Assembly: GCA_054661495.1 (NCBI GenBank) | Contig: BAAFSQ010000328.1 | Coordinates: 1 to 10,382, forward strand | DNA length: 10,382 nucleotides | Direction: 5' to 3' | Origin: Zygophlyctis sp. KS116 | Taxonomy: Eukaryota; Fungi; Chytridiomycota | Shown: positions 1 to 5,661 of the stretch, in pieces | Numbering within the stretch: the first letter of the stretch is position 1 | How the letters are laid out: each line of letters opens with the position of its first letter | Position numbers and translations under genes: made by a program | Notes under the pieces: model-generated | What the model was told of the DNA's origin: nothing | The model's database searches: none | What the model saw: only the letters and a program-made list of their open reading frames with translations

Positions 1-121
1 ATTACTTATCAATTGTGGAGCAAATAGAAAAACATCTAGTCGATATTCTAATTCAAAGACAACACACTGAATATAACAACAACAAGTCGCACTCTCTGCC
101 ACTCTAGCAACTTCAACCGGT

Positions 122-127
122 AAAAAA
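122..127 (-). terminator. RNA polymerase III terminator (T6) of the tRNA gene
   Basis: AAAAAA at 122-127 on + reads TTTTTT on -, starting 10 nt after the tRNA discriminator base at 137. Confidence 0.8.
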
Positions 128-136
128 GAAACCTCT

Positions 137-208
137 TAGCTTGGATAGGTTTCGATCCTACGACTTTTGGGTTATGGGCCCAACACGCTTCCACTGCGTC
201 ACCAAGCT
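137..208 (-). tRNA. tRNA-iMet(CAT): Eukaryotic initiator tRNA-Met (anticodon CAT), intronless, CCA not encoded
   Basis: Minus strand reads AGCTTGG TG ACGC AGTGGAA GCGT G TTGGG CCCATAA CCCAA AAGTC GTAGG ATCGAAA CCTAT CCAAGCT A, a full cloverleaf. Initiator hallmarks are present: A1:U72, three consecutive G:C pairs in the anticodon stem, and T-loop ATCGAAA (A54/A60). Anticodon at 174-176. Confidence 0.97.
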
Positions 209-213
209 ATTTT

Positions 214-217
214 CATA
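214..217. repeat. Target-site duplication CATA, copy 1 (tRNA-proximal)
   Basis: CATA directly precedes the TG of the LTR at 218; the same 4-mer is at 5399-5402 and 10302-10305. A 5-bp TSD does not fit (TCATA vs CATAT). Confidence 0.92.
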
Positions 218-520
218 TGTAACAATTTTAAAATCCGGGTTCTTAATAAACTATTATTTCTTATTTTTAGCTCTCTTATTCTCTCCAAATCTAATTAGGA
301 CTCAGATACAGACAAAACACTTGGTTCTTAGTAACAATTGAGATTTATTACCTTGGTTCTTAGTAACAATTGAGATTTATTACAGAGAACCAAGCGTCAC
401 TACTGATCATTTTAAGCCTCTAAAAGCACCAAGCTGCTGAGCTATGTATTATCATTCCTAGAGCTGATTAAAACCTAAAAAGAAACCCAGACGCTAAACT
501 AAGACCTATTCAACCTAACA
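218..520 (-). repeat. Element A 3' LTR (303 bp)
   Basis: TGTAACAATT...CAACCTAACA on +; identical by eye to 5096-5398; adjacent to the PPT. Confidence 0.97.
320..383. repeat. Perfect 2 x 32-bp tandem repeat inside the element A LTR (also at 5198-5261)
   Basis: CTTGGTTCTTAGTAACAATTGAGATTTATTAC at 320-351 and 352-383. Confidence 0.95.
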
Positions 521-3500
521 ACTCCTCCCTCACTAGAACTAGGCACCTCTTCAAGATTCTCATCTGAATCAACTTTATCATCATTATTCTCGGTGAGAGA
601 CTTCATCTTTCGATTATGATAAAATTTTGAAGTGTCTTTACTGGTATATAAGCGAAGATCATCCTGATGAATTAAGGGCGATAATACAGAGCCATCTGGT
701 CCCATTATGCGGTATAATGAATTTGGTAGCACTTCTATCACAATATAAGGCCCGGACCATGGGTAATCCAAAGATTCCTTAATAAAATTCTTTTTCTTAA
801 CAAACATTCCAGGTCTAAAGACTCCATCTTCCGTATCCTCCCGTAAGTCTTGTTCATTTATCATCTTCTTAGCTTGTTCTTGGGATTTAAAGAATGCAGC
901 TGCACGATCTTGTCCCAAAGATTGTAATTCTCTGATGGTATATTCTTTCTTACCTATTTCTGTACTGAAATCAAAAAGGTTATCAGGAGGACTGTCCCCG
1001 GGGAGTCTTGGATGTCGACCATACAGTAAATAGAATGGAGATTTTTCAGTAACACTATGAATCCTGACTCAGAGCAAAACAGGCCTGATCAAGGACCTTA
1101 TCCCACTTTTCTGGATACTCATCGCAATATCTTCGGAGCATATCTTTTAAAACTCTATTTAGCCGCTCGGTCATCCCATTGGTTCTCGGGTGATAAGAAG
1201 ACGTAAGCAAGTGTCTGACGTGATTCTTTTTCAAATAATTACCAAATACACCTTCCATAAAGTATTTCGCCCTATCAGATATTACAGAATCTGGAATTCC
1301 ATAACTATTTACTATATTTTTGACAAATTCTTTGTAGACAGTTTTAGAAGATCGGTCTTTAGTTGCGACAATGACAGGCCAGCGGGTTGCATAATCCATG
1401 AAAACGAGAACATTTCTATTACCTTGATCAGTTATTGGTAGGTCCTGCAAGAAATCCACTCCCCATCTTTCAAAGGGTAACGGAGCCGGGGGAATCGGGT
1501 GAAGGGGAGCCGATAACTGACTTTGACTCCTAGAAAGTTGACATTGCCGGCAATTACTGATAAAACTATATACTTCATCCTTCATTTGCGGCCACCAGTA
1601 CCTTTCTTTTAGGATCATATAGGTAGATTCTCCTGCCAAATGACCGAGCAATTGATGATATTTTGAAATTTTATCCAATCTGTCTTTGGTAAGAATAAAC
1701 GGCAAGTATATGGGGCTCTCCTTCCTCTTGTTTATTTTTCTTGATAACACATTCCCTTTAAATTCGAAATTTTGAGACTCTTCTTCTATCATTTCCAATT
1801 GTTCTAGCGATAAATCAGAAGGTAAAGGTTGATCTAACAAATATAAACCACAAAGCCAAGGCCAATCACTATCCGGGTGAGACACACCGTCCAGAATAAA
1901 TGAATTCATATAAACATTAGATTTCTTATTTGTCTTACAATCGGCTTTGAGCTCCCATACCTCCTCCGCATACCCAACGAGGCGATCCACTACAGAACTT
2001 GGAACCTTTTCCAAAGTCTCTATGGCAGATGGAGCATTATCCTCGAGGATAGAGGCCTTATTACAAGTTAACCTGGAAAGCGGATCTCCTGGCTGATTTT
2101 CTCCAGGGATGAACATGATGCTAGGAGAATAGTATTCCATTTCTTCTAGCCAAGACCAGACTCTTGGTTTCGGGTTCTTTAGTCCTCTGGCCCAAGTGAG
2201 CGGTTTGTGATCCGAATGAATAAGTATCCCACGACCATCTACGTAACATCTCCATCTTCTTAAACAAATTAAAATAGCTAATAATTCTCTTTCGGTGGTA
2301 GAATATTTTGACTCTGTTTCAGAGAACTTCTTCGACAAAAATGCAATTGGCTGATGACCAGATCCAAAATCTTGAGTGAGCACTCCTCCAGCTGCAAAAT
2401 TGCTGGCATCAGGCCAGATATGGAATTCTTTACTAAAGTCTGGCATTCTTAATACAGGGGCTGACATCAGTGCGCTTTTGAGGTCATCAAATGATTGTTG
2501 GCAACCGGCAGACCATTTAAACTCCTGGTCTTTCTTGGTTAATTCTAACATTGGCATGGCGAGCTTAGTATAGTCTTTGATAAATCTTCGATAGTAATTA
2601 GCTAAACCCAGAAAAGATCGCACTTCGGTAACGCTGCTCGGAGTAACCCATTCCTTTATTACCTTAATCTTGTCTTCGTCCACATGCACCGAATTATTCG
2701 AAATCTTGAAACCGAGATACTTAACTTCTTCACAATAGAATTTTGACTTTTTCATATTTATGAGTAATCCAAAATGATCTAGTCTTTCTAGAACTTTTCT
2801 TAAATGAGATTCATGCTCTTGTTTTGTCTTTGAATAGATCAAAATATCATCTAGATACACTACACAACAGGAATCCACTAAATCTCCTAATACAGAGTTC
2901 ATAATTCTTTGGAAACTACTAGGTGCGTTTCGAAGACCAAACGGCATAACTAGATATTCATACTGACCGTACCTAGTGACAAAAGCGGTTTTCTCGACTG
3001 AACTTTCTTCCATAGGCAACTGGTGAAATCCACTCTCAAGATCAATTACAGAAAATATTGAGCATCCTCCCAACCTGTCAAGATTGTCGTCAATCCGGGG
3101 AATTGGGTAAGAATCTGGTGTAGTAATTCTATTTAAAGCTCTATAGTCAACACACATCCGAAGGGTCCCTCCCATCTTTCTTCTTTGCAAAAATAACTGG
3201 AGCTGCCCATGGTGATGCACTGGGTCGTATCATTCCTTTTTCGGTCAGTTTCTTTATTTGTCTCTCCACTTCCATAAGTTCTCTAGGGGACATACGATAC
3301 TGTTGCTTCTTAATCGGTTGAGATCCGTCTATTACTGCAATTTTGTGAGCTCCTAAACTATGCAACCGTTTTTTGGCGATGAGATCTGGCTCTTTTTGTC
3401 CGATAACTACCGGGAAATCCTGTAGAACGTTTGCTGCCTCTGGACCAACTGAGTATACTTCTGACTGATTTGTCTTCATATGTATTAAGAACAGTTCTTC

Positions 3501-4103
3501 TATCTCGTTGTTTTTCTGAAGTCTTAGCAGCTCATCCTTTCCTATTATACTTCGGTCACACAGTTTAGTTCGTAATTCATTATATTCTAATCCATCATGT
3601 TCCTTTTGCCCATCCTCATCTTCAATTGGATACAACGTTAATGGACCTTCCTTTGTCATTATATCTACCGTATCATTTTTGTGATCCTGTACTGCGGACA
3701 TATCTTTTAACCATCGCTTACCCAGAACTATATCAAAGTCTTTATTGAGATCACAAATCATTGCAGATAAATTGAAAGTGGCACCATTAGGAAAAAGCTG
3801 AGTAACTTTAATGAAATGCTTGAGCTCACGACTGGATTTTGATCCGTCGCCCAGTTTAAGAGTAAGAGGGGGCGAAAATCGTCTCCACTGATCTCTATTG
3901 ACCAAACACAATGCTATTTCAGGCGATATAAAGTTGACAGACGCCCCAGAATCCACCAATGCTGTTATTTGTCTACCGTTCACATTAATTTTGTATTTGG
4001 ATAATCCTGGAACCTCAAAATGTTCATCTTCAATACGAGATAACAGGAGGTGAAAAACTTTATTAGAAATTTTACAACCTTTTTCCCTGCTATCCCCGTA
4101 CCG
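499..4103 (-). pseudogene. pol: Element A pol (protease-RT-RNase H-integrase with GPY/F domain), two frameshifts
   Basis: Protease LVDSGA; RT LRMCVDYRALN, MPFGL, YLDD; RNase H DAS/ERELLA/SDHKPL/DPLSR; integrase HQLLGH..CRQC, VDF/SDR/TERLN, WSGPY. Joins ORF pieces 3147-3983, 1055-3220 and 499-918 across frameshifts at about 3166-3173 and 1066-1072. The frame is open from 4103. Confidence 0.92.
522..531 (-). other. Element A polypurine tract
   Basis: Minus strand GAGGGAGGAG lies one base before the TGTTAGG start of the 3' LTR. Confidence 0.88.
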
Positions 4104-5028
4104 TCAACAGCTAGAATCTTCATTGGCTTCCTTGTTGGAATCTTCCAAACTTTCCCCAACATCCAGATTATTTTTGAAAACATATTTTGATCTGCAGCCA
4201 GAAGCATGTTGACCCTGTCTTTTACAATTAAAGCATCGATTTTCTTGTCGAAACTTGGCTTGTTCTTCTGGACTGAGGCGTCCAAATTGGATTCCTTCCA
4301 TAGGTGTGGGTCCATTTGAAGCCGCATGAGGTCTTCCAAAGTTGACAGATCGATTCATCCCCTTATTTTGAAACACGATATTGTCAATTTGAACTGATAT
4401 CTGTTCCACCTTATCTAATGACAATTCGTCATATAAATCTTTAAGTAACACTTCCTTTTTGACTGCGTCCTTTAACCCATTGATATAATAAGTCTTTGCC
4501 TCATTCTCAGATATGTGATCAATTTCCTCCATTAATTCTCTAAACTTGATGGAATATTCACTGACCGAAGTCCGCTGTTTCAGAGCAGCTAGCTTTCGTC
4601 TAGCCTCTTGAGATACATTAGCCGGACAAAAATGCGTTACTAAGTCTGATAGGAGTCTTTCAGCCGAGGGAGACTTTTGAGATTCGAACCAGCGGTGAAA
4701 CCAGGTGTCAGCAGGTCCTGTCAAAAATCCAGATATAATATCAACGTGATATAAGGGGTCCACAGCCGGTAGACAGCCGCTGGATTTTTCTGGAAAACTC
4801 TTTTACTTTATTTTTCTTTCGATCTCCATCATACTTTTCAGGGCGAGGAATAATCTTTGCATGAGACATTCCTCCAATTGCTTCCATGGCGTGTTGATTC
4901 TGCACGATCGGTGTGGGAACTCTTGAGGCCTCCACACGCAAACGATCATTTTCCATCTCTAAACTTTGTAGCCTAGCAATCAACTCTCTAGCCTGATCAG
5001 GGCTTAAATTTGTAATATCAATATCCAT
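4104..5028 (-). pseudogene. gag: Element A gag (retrotransposon capsid plus zinc knuckle), one frameshift near 4765-4790
   Basis: First ATG at 5028 (MDIDIT...), PRPEKYDG, then in the +1 frame FLTGPADTWF, LKQRTSVSEYSIKF, YINGLK, PTPMEG and CFNCKRQGQHASGC. Ends at TGA 4106-4104. Confidence 0.88.
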
Positions 5029-5082
5029 CCTTATTAGTTTTTCTTTCACTTTCTTCTTCTTTCTTCCAATAGTCGTAGTATT

Positions 5083-5094
5083 TCCAAGCTACCA
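5083..5094 (-). other. Element A primer-binding site for tRNA-iMet
   Basis: Minus strand TGGTAGCTTGGA begins 1 nt after the 5' LTR and is a perfect 12-nt complement of the 3' end (TCCAAGCTA + CCA) of the tRNA encoded at 137-208. Confidence 0.95.
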
Positions 5095-5095
5095 A

Positions 5096-5398
5096 TGTAA
5101 CAATTTTAAAATCCGGGTTCTTAATAAACTATTATTTCTTATTTTTAGCTCTCTTATTCTCTCCAAATCTAATTAGGACTCAGATACAGACAAAACACTT
5201 GGTTCTTAGTAACAATTGAGATTTATTACCTTGGTTCTTAGTAACAATTGAGATTTATTACAGAGAACCAAGCGTCACTACTGATCATTTTAAGCCTCTA
5301 AAAGCACCAAGCTGCTGAGCTATGTATTATCATTCCTAGAGCTGATTAAAACCTAAAAAGAAACCCAGACGCTAAACTAAGACCTATTCAACCTAACA
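5096..5398 (-). repeat. Element A 5' LTR (303 bp)
   Basis: Identical by eye to 218-520; adjacent to the PBS. Confidence 0.97.
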
Positions 5399-5402
5399 CA
5401 TA
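5399..5402. repeat. Target-site duplication CATA, copy 2 (sole spacer between elements A and B)
   Basis: ...CCTAACA|CATA|TGTTGTG... Confidence 0.92.
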
Positions 5403-5613
5403 TGTTGTGTCTTAGTGCAACAAGTAACTTAGAGTCTAGGAGTAGTTCGGATCCTTAGGTTAGCTTCCATGCTTTGTGCTTGTTAAGGCTTAGTGCTTGA
5501 ATTGCTTGTTTAAACTGATTAATTGAGGCTTGAATCTTTGGTACTTTTTAATACAAAGTATTTTGGTTGTTACTCATTATTATATACTGTCTGAGCTATT
5601 CCAGACCGTAACA
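5403..5613 (+). repeat. Element B 5' LTR (211 bp)
   Basis: TGTTGTGTCT...ACCGTAACA; matches 10091-10301 with one substitution (G5540 vs T10228). Confidence 0.97.
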
Positions 5614-5615
5614 TT

Positions 5616-5627
5616 TTAAAAAGTACC
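5616..5627 (+). other. Element B self-priming PBS (complementary to 5540-5551 in its own LTR)
   Basis: No TGG follows the LTR. TTAAAAAGTACC (5616-5627) is the exact reverse complement of GGTACTTTTTAA (5540-5551). Confidence 0.82.
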
Positions 5628-5661
5628 TCAATAATATTGAAAATAATCTATCTGAAAAATT

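Larger units (their letters stand above)
218..5398 (-). mobile_element. Element A: full-length Ty3/Gypsy LTR retrotransposon, tRNA-iMet primed, coding region disrupted
   Basis: Two 303-bp TG...CA LTRs, flanking CATA TSD, PBS and PPT in minus orientation, and domain order gag-PR-RT-RH-IN. Confidence 0.97.

Noticed and set aside
1-107. Possible 3' end of a host gene (frame 3 open to TAG at 105-107; frame 2 LLINCGAN is faintly ankyrin-like)
   Set aside because: Too short and truncated by the window edge to support a call.
141-341. 66-aa + strand ORF
   Set aside because: Antisense to the tRNA and runs into the LTR; TTG start and no protein motif.
320-383. 32-bp direct repeats considered as a CRISPR array
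   Set aside because: Two abutting copies with no spacer, inside a eukaryotic LTR, and no cas genes.
3147-3220. Protease/RT ORF overlap considered as a programmed frameshift
   Set aside because: It falls inside the conserved RT motif KKDGxLRxC and is fully explained by a 4-bp duplication.
3980-4339. 119-aa minus-strand ORF spanning the gag/pol junction, considered as a frameshift bridge
   Set aside because: Gag and protease are already in the same frame across a single TGA; this alternate frame stops at 3980 and has no recognisable motif.
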